A stretch of 64,000 nt of DNA, from NCBI GenBank assembly GCA_030167865.1, contig JALAGF010001133.1, positions 1 to 64,000 on the forward strand, written 5' to 3'. Position numbers and translations under genes: made by a program. This document shows, one piece after another, positions 36,995-49,769 of this stretch. The stretch's first letter is position 1. The number at the start of each line of letters is the position of its first letter. This stretch comes from Craspedostauros australis. Taxonomy: Eukaryota. A model generated the notes under the pieces. The model worked only from the letters and a program-made list of their open reading frames with translations. It ran no database searches and was not told the DNA's origin.

Positions 36995-39820
36995 CGTGCC
37001 GCGATTCTCCCAAAACGACCAAAGTGGTTATCGCTGGGTGGGAAGGTCGTGGTGGTCCTTGTGATTCCGGACAGCCAGAGTCCTCGCGTGTTCCCCCCTA
37101 TTGCACGGTATTATACTCTCTGCAGGGAGACCTTGGATGTGCTCGTATTGCTCTATTGTGCCTCTCTTTGTTGCGGCCTTCAACGCAGTGATTGTGTCTG
37201 AAGTCTGAATCCCTGCGAGCCACGACTATTATAGAATGCTACGCACTCTTCCTGTCGTGATGAGGATGGTGGTGGCGACGCGAACCTGGGAGATCGGGAT
37301 TGCGCTTGTGTTGTTGGATGTGAAGTGAACAACGGCCCAGCGCAGAATGTTGGGAGGTGCTTGTGATTGCAGAGAGTCTGCTCCGAACGCACTTGATTTG
37401 TGTGTGGGTGGAGACGTCGTGACACGATTGGGATGTTGCGTATGTTGGGAGGTATGCGGGTAAATTGTAATTTCTTGTGTTTGGACCAAAAACTACGATT
37501 GAAACATGACTCGGGTTTGGAATATGGACTACGTCTGTACAAAAGATGAGTTTGATCGATTTGATCGATGGATACAAGTCGAATCAGCCCAGAGATTTAT
37601 TGGCCTTCCTCAATTGATTCACGCATGCGATGACCGCCGTGGCGAAGATTGTGAAGAAGGGTTCGGATGGACGCAATTGACACTTGCGTAGCGATACAGA
37701 GGCTATTGGGGCACATGGAGCCTCGCTGAGTGGCTGTTCGATTGTGTTCGTCGAAATGCGCCAGACGAATGGCGACGAGCGCGTTCGAATACGCTGACGA
37801 TGGCGAGACGAACGTCTCCAGAGTACAAGGTGTTGTTGGGAAGGACAACCGCTCACCTGTGATTCACGGATTGTTTTCGCTCTCTGCAGCGTTTGGTCTT
37901 AGAGTAGTCCTCTCACCCATTCGTGTTGGTTGGATTCTCCATTTTGTGGGCCATTCGTTTTCGCTGTGGGGGTCGGGCTGCGATCGCGAAGTGTTCTTTA
38001 TGAGGGCGCTATGGGCGATGATGACGCGGGTTGTGCGCGATCATCTGCGGGCGCGTTTCGACTTCGTGATGTTGTCTCTGCTCTCGACAGTTTTGGTGCA
38101 AGGAACATGTTGGTGCAGACGCGAACGTGGGGATGAAAACAGTCCAGCGCGCGAACGAGAGAGGAGATGACTTTGCCGTCACTTCGGTGTGATGTGAAAC
38201 GATGTTGGAGTGGGTGAAACGCATCCATCTCTTGGTCGACCAGGCTTGGTTGCGGCGTCGTGTTCTGCTCTCTGGTTTTTGCTTCTTTACCAAACATTCG
38301 CAACACAACAAACGGGCATCAAAACCAACCCCCCGAAACAAACATGAACTGTACGCTCTTGCCACAGCTGGCACGATCTGCTCTGCACGCAACAAAGCCG
38401 TGGAGAGGAAAAGCGGTGCCTGTTGGCAGGACGAGGGCACATTTCCACGGCGCGGAACAGAGCCAAGTTTCAATAGTTTGTGAGATTGAGTCACGTTTGT
38501 GGTTGCCGCCTTCCTCGACCGCTCTAATTGTTGCGTTCTCTGCTTACTGGCTCGAAAGCACCACTTAAGTACGTGCCTTCGTATCGAAGAATAAGTATTG
38601 GGATGCTGCGTTGGCGCCATCACATGGGGGAACAAATACGCCACACCAGGTCAACGTAGGTAGAATACAAGCATGGAGAAACCAGCGTAGAGAACGGAAG
38701 ATGAGCTGCCACGCTTCTTCACCAATAACGAAACAGCCGCCACACGAATGGAACCCGGCAACTTTGCCGCTGTTGATGGTTCTACTACTTTGAGTGTAAG
38801 GGTCCTTCGCACGTCTGTGCTCACTGCTTCGGGTTTGGTGAACATTTAGCCAAATGTGTTCTTTGGGCACCAACGATGATTGGGTGTTTCTGGCCCATGG
38901 CGTTGACAGTCGTTTTGCACGAGTACGACCTCGCCTTGAGGGCGTTGTGGCATTTTACGATCTATCGCCATCTGCCGTTGATACAACATCGTAGTGTATT
39001 TGGTACCCCGCTAGATAACGGAACGTGCCAGAACGGCGGCTTGTCCGTTGGATGACAAAAACAAGCACCTATTCCCGCTGTACTTCGCAGGCTAAATACT
39101 CTTTCAAGTATTGCAAGTATTGCAAGTGGTGGATGTAGTGCAGGGAATACGAGATGGTGGAGGTTCACCCTCTCCCTCCTTGTCGAAGCGCCACAAGAGA
39201 ATGACGGAACGAAGACCACAAAGGCTCAAGTTTCGTGAAGGTGGCTGTTTTTAGTAGTACTCGTCCCCACTGACGAATAGCACACGCACACATCAACGTC
39301 GCGGTTCTCAAATCCACCACACCACTCTCAAACAGCTCCACGCACATCCCCATCGCCAGCCGCCGGAAGACTACCGCATCACAGACTTGGTAATCCAAGC
39401 ATCGCGTACAAGCCAATTTGTGTTTTGGCCGTGAAGGCAATAAGTGGTCTGGATCGACAACTCCACAACATCTCACTCTGTGACGCAACCATACCGACCG
39501 CGACTGTTGCAACCGCTGCAACTGCACCAAGTGCCGCGACTGGTACGAAATGAAACGCCACGAAATTCATCCATTTCGATCGAACACGGCTGCAGTTTCG
39601 GAACAAGGAGCGTCAACAACATCAACATCAACACCATACCAGTAAAGGTGCCATACGAATACACGTCACATTCTACTTCGGCTTGTCTCAACCGTGAATT
39701 GCGCATTTGTCGACCCACACCTACCGTGCGCCGACATAGTCACCAAACGCCTCGCCGCCTCTTCTCCACCTCCACAAAACGATTTCTGAATCTCTTCGTC
39801 TTTCACCCCAAACCACGACA

Positions 39821-39853
<33 letters not shown>

Positions 39854-39936
39854 TCGACCAAGAAGAGACCTCCACAAAACGAGGCGACAGGAACCGCAAT
39901 CACCTCTCACACAGCCCGCTGATCGGTTCGTCCACG

Positions 39937-42494
39937 ATGGGCAACACATCCGCTGACGATGATGCAGTTTGGCTCCCCGACTACTTCGTGCCAACTGACA
40001 GAGACGTCATCTGCGGATGGGCACGGCAGCATCATGGGCATGGTAAGTTTACGGGTGTGCATCAATGCAGTGCTCGTTCATCAGAAGATAGAGATCAAGA
40101 GAGAGGTTGGCAACAAGCGAGGCGCATGGCGTGTGCCGTGGGCCGAATCAGCGACGATGTGTGAGAAACTTCATTTTGTGAGGAAGATTCCAACGCATCG
40201 ACTACAAGTAACGGCCGTTTCGCATCTGTGGCGAAGACGACGACAATGACAATGACACACTGAGAACAACACTGACCAATGACACGAACTCACCGGCGAA
40301 CCACTCACCGTTTTCGATTGCTTTTGGCCTTGCCTTCTTTCGCTGCTTCTGGTGTTTGTGTGTTGTGGCTGATGGTGTGCTCTGCGACGACAACACTGAC
40401 GATGATGACAACTGACTCCCCAATCTGCAGTTGGCAACCAAAGATTTCGAAAGCTGGTGGAGTTCAGCGTCCCACTTTACATTGCCGCGAAGACGAAGCT
40501 GGAGAAGACTCAGGTGATTGCATCAGTGGTAGAAAAAGTGAGGACTGACAGCACCGGCGGTGGTTTCATCAAGAAGTGCCTCCACACCAGCAGATGGTAC
40601 GAAATCGGCGATGACAAGGCGCGAGATAAGGTGGGCCATGCCATACGGCGTGCAGTGGAGGATTCGAAGAAGAACAAGAATAAGAAGGGGTCCAAGGCCA
40701 AGCAAGCGGCGAAGTCAATGCCAACGGCTTCGTCATCGTCGGTGACATCATCCAAATCGGCCGGTGCCACCGTCGCCTCATCTACGAAGAATCTTGGTGC
40801 TGACCCGCTCCTCATGTCGTCACAGCAACTGTCCAACAGATCGGGGATGCAGGACTTCAGCTTCATGGTCCCGCCATCTGTTGCATCTGCCAGTGGGATG
40901 AATCCCAGGACTATCGGTGCAGGCATGGGAACGTACGGAAACATGGGGAACATGAACAATATCGGGAACATCGGCAACATCGGGAACGCCAATGCACCCG
41001 GTGGCATGTCAAACACCTTGGACTCCCTCCCAGGACTGCCGCAGCCACACAACGCGATCTCGATGCAGCAGTCCATGCAATCAATTCAGCCCAACTTCGC
41101 CCTCCCCCCTGGTTCCATGACACGTCAAATCGGATCCCCAGCTTTCGACCTGTTTTCGCGTCAAACATCGGTCGGAGGTCCCACAGACCGGAGCATTGGT
41201 CCCGGCTCCATTTCAGCATCATCCCTGCCTCGAACGAATCAGCAGCAATCACTCCAACAGCAGCTACAGCAGCGGCAACAAGAACAACAGCAGACATCAC
41301 TGCCAGCATCAGCATCATTACCAGGGAATGGTGCCATGTCAACAGCCATGGGATCCTTTCCTGGCAACATGCTATCGGTCATGGCATCCAATAGCGACAG
41401 TAGTGGCAAGTTACCACCAGGGCTTCGCATGGGTGGAATGGCCTCTTCAGCTGCGTCTGACAATCCGTTGCTCGCGATGGGTCTGTTGAACAACACCAAC
41501 GGACTCGATGCCACCTCCTCCAACTTCCTCACTCAGCTCAGCGCCAACAGACAAGCCCGTGACCTGCAGAACTCGATAACCAACCCAGCAGCCTTCACGT
41601 CACTGGCGAACTCCATCTACGGCCAGCAGGTCCTCAACATGAGCGGCATCGGTTCATCCAACGCCAACGCTGCTAATCCTGCTGCGATGACAGGGCACTC
41701 GTCAGCACCACCACTGACAGCCATGCCATTTACCTGCCAACCACAGCAGCAACAGCAAAATCAGCAACATCAGCAGGTAAGTTATCCCGTGCTTCGTGGC
41801 CCGCTTGATGAAACCACGCACTCTTGGGACACTGCGATTAAGGCCCACGTCGCTGATCGTCTCTCATATTAGTGTTTGATGCCTATCTCCGTCATCGTCA
41901 TCGCCCCCCTCTGCAATTCTTTCATCACTTGACAATCCACCTCGCGGTTAGATGGGATCTGCGGCATCCGCCCTGAACGCGAGCAACATCAGTGGCAGCA
42001 GCGGAAAACTCGGAACTGGTGGCATATCTTCAGGCCCTTCTCCATCGTTTCTTACATCGGCGTTGGATGTCTTTGGTTCATCCCAAATGGCTAGCAAAAC
42101 TTCTTCGATGATGCCAGGGCCACTGACAGCCATGGCAGGGATGCAGCAAACGACGAACGTGCAATCATCGATAGGGCAGCTAGGGTCAGCCATGAATGCG
42201 CACCATTTATTGTCAAATGCAAGCCAGCTCACAGATCTGCAGCAGCAGCAGCTGAACTCCGTGTCTGCAGGTAGCGCCGGCGGCGTATCGGCTTCCATGT
42301 TGCTGGAGCCAACCCCGATGCCCACGAACAACGCAGGGAACTTCTCTCCTGCTTCCGTTCTCACTAACCGATCAAGCAGCGGCAATACTCGTCCTGGCGG
42401 ACAACGATCCGACTCTGCGCAATCCGGCAATCCAAAGCAAAAGACAACACCTTCACGAGATGACAAGAGCGGACCTCCCTTTTTGGAGGTTTGA
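39937..42494 (+). CDS. DUF6824-domain protein with Q/S/M-rich low-complexity tail, paralog 1, ~664 aa, 3 exons
   Basis: Exons 39937-40042, 40431-41776 and 41952-42494 (phases 1, 0). The spliced domain reads PTDRDVICGWARQHHGHVGNQRFRKLVE...AKTKLEKTQVIASVV...GGFIK...WYEIGDDKARDKVGHAIR. Confidence 0.88.
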
Positions 42495-43253
42495 ACACGG
42501 CATATCAGTGTGGGGAGCACCCTAGAGTGGACGACACGACTGTGTCGCACAACACCACATAAAGCACGGAACGAGCTGGCAGCCCAAGAGTACATTGGAT
42601 TGGATTGAATTGAATTGGAAGCAATCAGGAGTGCAGATGGGCATGGAAACCAGCCAAAGCAGGGCAGGGCAATGCAAGGCGAGCAGATGCGACCGATGAA
42701 CTATGTTCATGATAGAGACTGCGCTTCATCCACTCGTACGAGTACTGTACTCAGTGGGTCTTCTCTCTCCGCCACCCGACTCTCTTCTTGTCTCGGTTAG
42801 CGGATTCGATGAACTCACGGCAACACCGCAGTAGAGGAACACCCTGCTATGGTATGAACTATTATGAGCGGCGGCGCCAGTTGGACGTATGACATTTTGG
42901 AACAGCCAACAGAAGAAGACCGAAAGCTCGCCTAAGATTGATGCTGCAGTCAGGATTATGGTCACAGCCGCCTGTTCCAGTCATCCGCAAGCCTATCTGC
43001 GCGCAGCTTGTTAAGGACTCGCAGCGATTGCCAAGGCAACGCTGACATCTGAGGTCAGACTCTGCGTGTGATGACACCAACGAGGACTCAGAATACCTGA
43101 TCAAAGAAAGGAGGTGATAGGGACGCCGAGCGATGCAGTGTCGGTTGCGTGATGTTGGGTGCAAATCGCGTCAAACAATACAATAGTGCAATGCAGTGCA
43201 AGGGTTACCTCTAGAGAATCACAATAAAGTACCAGGAAGAGTACTCGTATGCA

Positions 43254-43300
43254 TTGTATTATAGAATATTATATTATTATATTATAGAATAGAATACTAT
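43254..43300. repeat. AT-rich (TATTA)n/(AGAAT)n simple repeat
   Basis: tattatagaatattatattattatattatagaatagaatactatt. Confidence 0.8.
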
Positions 43301-46300
43301 TGGTGTGCAGAGCACCACATGTACTCTGGCTCGCGCACACACGTAACACTCCTTAGCTCTCCTCTGCCTTTGGATGCGGAGGCGTGAGACGCCGTGGCGG
43401 CACCCTCCTCCTTCGACAAAAGAGGAGCGGATCAGGACGACGCAAAATGAGGTTCAATGAAAACGCTCAAAACCATGGGACACAACCAGGGTGCAGAGCA
43501 GTGAACAACGTGCTGACTGTCGCTCTCGCCCCAGTGTACATAGCATTATACGTAGAAAGACAACACCATCTCTTCTAGCACATGAGATTAAACGATTGTA
43601 TGGTAGGTGCCCTCCCATGCCCTCTCGTTGAGTGGCTCGTATGATCGAAACAACAATCGTACTGGTATGCACGAAGATTGTCATACTCTGGGAGAGAAAG
43701 ATAAGCTCCAGTCATCCCATCCCATCGCGTCTACGTCACGCAACATAATGTACAACTCGAGGAGATTCGAGCATGCTGCCCTGCTCTGTTCTACTAATAC
43801 TCTCGTTTTCATTCATGTTGTTCGTTGATCTCCTCCAGCGCGACCCATCATCAATGCGTCTCGTGCAATCCATGGTGGGTATGCAGCCGCGCTTTGTGGT
43901 TTCATCAATGTCGCAACTGGGACCCTGTTGGCTTTTGGATAGAAATCGCAACCTCTGCCCATTGCTCTCGTCTTGCCTCCGCAAGCGCGGCAGTTTTTTG
44001 CTCTCTGCCCGACCTTGAGGTTGTGTCGCCATAGATGTTGAGAGAGAAGGCATACTTGTACACTCGATGGCGCTCGTACTCGTGCCAAATGGCGAGAGTG
44101 AAGGCAGCCGATTCAGCCAAGCGGAACAGGCTTCAACCGAGCACGATTACTCTCCCGTTGGTGTAAGCACAAGAAGCACGGAGTGCAGCCTTGGATTCAA
44201 CATCTATGGCACGGGTGAGATGAAATAGATCGTACCTTGCATCATACAGATTCAACTGCTCTGCTCTGCGAGTTACGTATTCTGCTCTGCTCTAGTCCAC
44301 GCTGCGCTGCTCTGTGCTTTCCTGGATGCGATACCTGCGGGTGGATACCTGCGGGTGGATACCAACATCATGTCGAGCGTAGCTGGGGTGTCACCCGTCG
44401 TGATACTGGGATAGGTGAAGCGGATGCTCTCCGACGTACCTGCGACCTCAATGACGAAGTCGAAGCGGCTTGTGGGGGACAACTGGGTGTCCTCCTGCGC
44501 CCAAACGCCGATCTGATCCGTGGAAGAGATGCAACATCCATCGTCGCTGATTCTGTGACGCCTTTGCTTCCACGAAATCAGTTGTCTTGACTCGAACTCG
44601 AATTCGGATTCGTGCTCTGTCAATCCATAGATCGTGTGTCCAAGACTTCCGTGTGGCTTCTCTGCTCTGTCGCAGTGGTATAACCGATCGTCCCAAGGAC
44701 CTCTGCAACCTTTGCCATTCTGTCTCCTCATTTTCGCTTCGCCCAGAGAGTACTTGTGTTCATACCAGAGCGCACATTGACACCGACACTGCTGCTTCAG
44801 GAACGGACACAGCGAGAGGAAAAGAGAACAAAAACACCTTCCAGTGCAGAGGACGTGAGAGATCGCCACTTCGCTGCCAACTAAACCCGCGAAGAGGGTG
44901 ACAACGCGCTTCGTGCTCAGCTCCATCCTCTGCTCCACGATGCTTCGTCTAGGTGAGCCGCAGAGTCCTTGTCTTCATGCTGTGCAACCGCCCTCGGCGC
45001 GATTATCCTCTCAATTTGAAACATACTCAGACGTGGATGAATGCGGGAGTGCGCCAGAAACAAGAAGACACAACGACGAAAGCGGAGGAGGGCAGAGATG
45101 GCGCTGACTGCAGGAACGGAAGCGCGCTTCTGCGCCGATGTCGTCACTCGTACGAGCGCAGCCAACACCACCAATTGGACCAACCACAGCATCACCATGG
45201 CGCACTCACACACATCGCTTTGCACATCGACACCCCAGAAACCAGCAATCAACATTGACGCCAGCACCCGACATCGGCATCGACAGAGGTTGACCGGCCG
45301 TGAACAACAACAGCCCATTCATCGATCACTCTGCGCTGTTCCAAAATGCGCATTGAGAATCCGTTTTGTTTGCGGATGTCAGCGTCTGTCGACGTTTATG
45401 TCAGTACTGGCGTTCGTATGGAGTCGCATCGGCTTTGGACACTTTATTGTCTGCGCGTGTGGATGCCCAACAGAATTTTGCGGCACCACCGCCAAACGTG
45501 AGAAGCGCTCTGTCCTTTCCGCCTCTGTCCGAGCATGAAGACGGATTTGTCGAAGCGTCAACATCCTTCTCTGCGGGGTGCCACCCAGTACCGTCGCTGC
45601 AGACAACAGAGGAGGCTGTGGGTGTGCGGATGCTTGTGGGCGTCGATCTTATCCTGGCAGGTAGAAAACAAGATTCTGGGCAGACCTTTGATCACATTTC
45701 ATCGTCTCTCCGCTCTGTCCTGACGCCACAACAGATCCTTCGTCATTCTCCCTCCCTTCCGCGTCACGGAACGAAGACAGAGCAGAACGTTCCAATGGGG
45801 TAGAACCAAACAAAATAGACCAAACACTCACACACAACAGCAAACAAGTGGACGATGGATGGGATGGAGAAGTGGGCGGATGCACGTAAATCAACGAATG
45901 GACCAACGAATGCGCTCAAGCCTTGAAGAGAAACATGGAGAGGAACAGGCAAGGGAGGTGAAGCAATCTGTCGACTGGAGAGAGAGAGAGACAACAACAA
46001 CTTTATTCCTCAATTATACTTGTGTGGCTTCTCTGGGTAGGGCGCAAAGAGAACGAAAGGCGATTCCTCGCTGACCCCGGAGTATGAGTGTCTTCTGCGC
46101 TGTGCACGAGGTGCGAGATGCGATGCTGCCTTGGCTTCCAATCACGAAAGCAGTTAGTTGTGGAGAATGGAGCAGAACTGAGCAGACGTGGAGGACGATC
46201 CGTCATCGTTCTTCGTTAGCTCCTCCCACCCCATCCGCAGCATGCTCGCATCGCAGCACATGTCCAGAACTACTGGTTCTTGGATCCGGTCAGATCTCGG

Positions 46301-47761
46301 AAGCGTGAAGCCTGCCACAAGAGAGGTGCCAGACATCGGTTTTCTGTGGGCAGTGGTAAAGGTTCTGTGGTGGTTGGCTCTTTCGTGCCGATAGAATTCG
46401 TGAAGCCCAGTGATGATGGTAAAAAAGAGAGCTTTACGGAGAAGAACCTATTGAATGTTTGGTCGTGTGTGACAGTCACCATTCCTAAGTATTCGGGGTG
46501 TCTGAAGGAAAGTCTGTCAGATATGATAAAAGTTAGTTTGAAGTTGAGAACTCTTTGGTGGAAAGGTGGGTTCACATCCAAGAAAGAACAACAACTACGA
46601 CATCCTTGTTCACAGCGCTATTGCACAGGCTGTGATAGTGGGCATTAGTTGTCGCGATTTGTCGTGGTTCTTGTCATCGTTAATTGTCTTCTCTCAGTGC
46701 TTCTCCAACATCATGATTAGAGGCCGTATTGAAGGAGTGACTTGTCGTCGTTCAGCAGAGAATGATGTTCCTTGCCATTCGCCGTCCAATGTCATGATGA
46801 TGTGTTTGTTTCGAAATCGCTTCCCCAACAATCCTCTTCCCGCTACCTCTGTTTGCTTCGCGAAGGTGGTACTACGCTTTTTACATAACGTTGTGCGTCA
46901 AATGCGTTGATGTGTGTCTGGACCTTTCTGTGCAAAACTCTGTTACGTTGGTACGTTTGCATGGTACGGAGCTTATGTGCAGCTGCATGTTCAGAGTCGT
47001 GGGCTTATGTGCGAAAATGTACCGTACCCGGACGTTGGACCGAGTTGTGTTGAACCTGTCTGTCTCGCCCTGCACACACGAATGCGCGTGTGGATTTGTT
47101 CGTGTGTTCGTTTGTTGGCGTGGTGGCAGAAGGCCAAAGGTCTTTGTGTGCTTTTTGTACCAACACATGCACATGCGTGCGTGTGTTTGCATGTGTTTGA
47201 GTTCTGCGCGAGGAGGATACCGCGATGCCCACGATGTTGTCCTCTCTTGTTGGGTAACGACACGAGGGACAACCAACAGCCATTTTCACCTTCACGGGCA
47301 AAGAACCGAGGGAGAAAGAAGCCAGAGGGACCACAATCCACTGTCGAACACACGTTCGCTCCTCGCCACAAATTGAAGCAGCGACCACGCAAGAAGTACC
47401 TGCCATTGGTACTGGGGGCTAACGCAGTTGCGTGTAGTACTGCTCCTTGGCACATTTCTCACGTAATTACTTACTCTTACATACGCACCCTACGAACTAA
47501 ATACGGGTGGATACTTCAACGCTTTTGTGCGTGCAGAGCAAAAACAACACCAACACTCAACACGCAAAGAGAGAAAACCCCAAAACCATAACAAAAGAGC
47601 GGCTCGACGAACACAAACCGAAAGGCAAAGGCCATAAAATTCTGCGCAACCAACACCCCACTTCTGAGACAAGTACAGACATACCAAGATAACATCCTCG
47701 CCCTGATCGATCAACCACCAGGCCACAAAAAGAAACACACACAAGAATCCAACATCCAACC

Positions 47762-49769
47762 ATGACAATGATGATGAAGCCACCACCGAAGAGCGCCGCC
47801 GTCGATGATGACGCGGTCTGGCTCCCCGATTACTTCGTGCCTGGACCACGCGATGTGGTCTGCGGTTGGGCGCGGCAGCACCACAGACACCGTAAGTTCC
47901 GGGCTTGGTGGTCTTGGCTTGTCTCCTGTCCTTCTCCCGTTTTCTGCTGCTTGACTGCTCATGTGCGAATGGTTGTTTCTGTCCGCATTTCTGCTCCGAT
48001 CACAGCGCCACGATATGTATGCTCGCCACCATGGTGGTTTTCGCACGCCGCTCATGCCTCTGAGCGTTTGGCGATGTCGATTGGGCGCGCTGTGGGATGC
48101 GAGCCGTTGATTCGTTTTTACCTCATGTCCTGTCGCTGAGTGGCAGAGCGCCGACAGCAATTCGCAGGCAACAGCCCAAAACAAACAATCCATCTTGTCC
48201 AGTCCGTGCCATTGTACCTTTGCCACGATTCTCTCACCACCCACCCATTCTTTGTTGACTCGCCACTTCCACATCTTTGTTGGGTTCCATGATAACGATA
48301 CGGACACAACAATCCAAAACAAAACAAAATGAAATCCATATCTTGATGCCATCTGATCTATCCCGATCTCAACCCATCCCATCTACAACATGCATATGCA
48401 TCATGCATAACCATACTTACAATCACACGAACAAACCTACTTACGGACCACAACCACAGCCGGCAACCAACGGTTCCGCCAGCTGGTGGAGTACAGCGCG
48501 CCACTTTACATGGAGGCCAAGACAAAGGTCGAGAAGACGCAGGTGATCGCATCCGTTGTGCAGAAGGTCAGAAGAGATTCGCCATGCGGCGGCTTCATCA
48601 AGCGTGACTTCCACAGCAACAGATACTACGAGATCGGCGATGACAAGGCCCGCGACAAGGTGGGCCACGCCATCAGACGCGTCATCGAGGAGAACAAGAA
48701 GAAATCAAAGAAGGCATCCAAGCTGCTGGGCAAGAAGGCGAAGGCAATCAAGAAGCTGCCAACATCCAAGGCGGACTTCAGCTTGACGATGGGGGATCTA
48801 TCCTCAGGGTCGCTCGATGCGTTCAGCGCCATCGGCATGGGCAACAACGGCGGTGCCAACAATAACAGCGCCAGCAACGGTAACGGCAGCGGGAACAGCC
48901 GGATCAACGTGAACACCGCGACGACGGCTGCCGCGGCGAACGCCGCTGCTGCTGCCTCCGCCTCGGGCTCCACGTCGCTGAGCGGCAACGGCAACGCCGG
49001 TACCATGAACCCGACGAACGGCAACTTCGGAAACTTCGGCAACATGGGAAACAACCTCAACATGAACATGAACGCCATCAACAACATGAACGGGATCGGC
49101 AGTGGCACCAATAACAACAACAGCAACGCCAACAACGGCAGCATCGGCAACAGCCAGGAGGAAGCGAACTTCATGGGGGGAATGAAGCTGTCGCTTGGTC
49201 TGTCGCTCGGGGATGACGATCAGAACCTCCTCAACGCCTTCCTGGAGCAGAGGGATTCGACGATGGCGAAGGGGCTCATGGGAACATCATCCTTCCCATC
49301 CAACAACCAGCGTCACCTCCCCGTCAACCTCAACACGGACAGCAACAAGCTGTCGCAGCTCGGTGGCGGAGGCCACTTCATGCAGCAGAACATGTTCCTG
49401 CCATCGTCCGGCTTGATGAATCAGAACAACCAGCCATCGCCGCTGGATCTGTTCTCGTTGCAATCAGGATCGATCGGGACCAACAACATGCTCATGTCTC
49501 AGCAGAACATGATGAAGCAAATGCCATCGATCATCGCCAACTCCAACCTGCCCATGAACTCCGCCATCAACAACGGGCCTTCCATCTTCTCGTCCAACGC
49601 AGCAGCTGCAGCCGCCGCCTCGGGCAATGGCAACCAATTCCTCGGCGGCGGGCATGACTCGTCCCAGGCCACGGCATCGCTGTTGCTGAACTCCCTCGAA
49701 AACAACCCTGGTGCCTTCAAGGGTCTTTCAGCGCAGCAGACCAATCAGCTCCGGAACTTTGGCTTCTAA
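47762..49769 (+). CDS. DUF6824-domain protein with N/G/M-rich low-complexity tail, paralog 2, ~479 aa, 2 exons
   Basis: Exons 47762-47891 and 48460-49769, with a phase-1 intron at the same position as in paralog 1. Reads DDDAVWLPDYFVPGPRDVVCGWARQHHRHPGNQRFRQLVE...YYEIGDDKARDKVGHAIR. Confidence 0.88.

Noticed and set aside
44273-45538. ORFs of 130-220 aa between the DUF6824 genes
   Set aside because: No recognisable motifs and non-coding-like composition. A decayed gene cannot be excluded.
46405-46510. GTGATGA...CTGA box C/D snoRNA-like pair
   Set aside because: The terminal stem is weak and I could not verify an rRNA-complementary guide.
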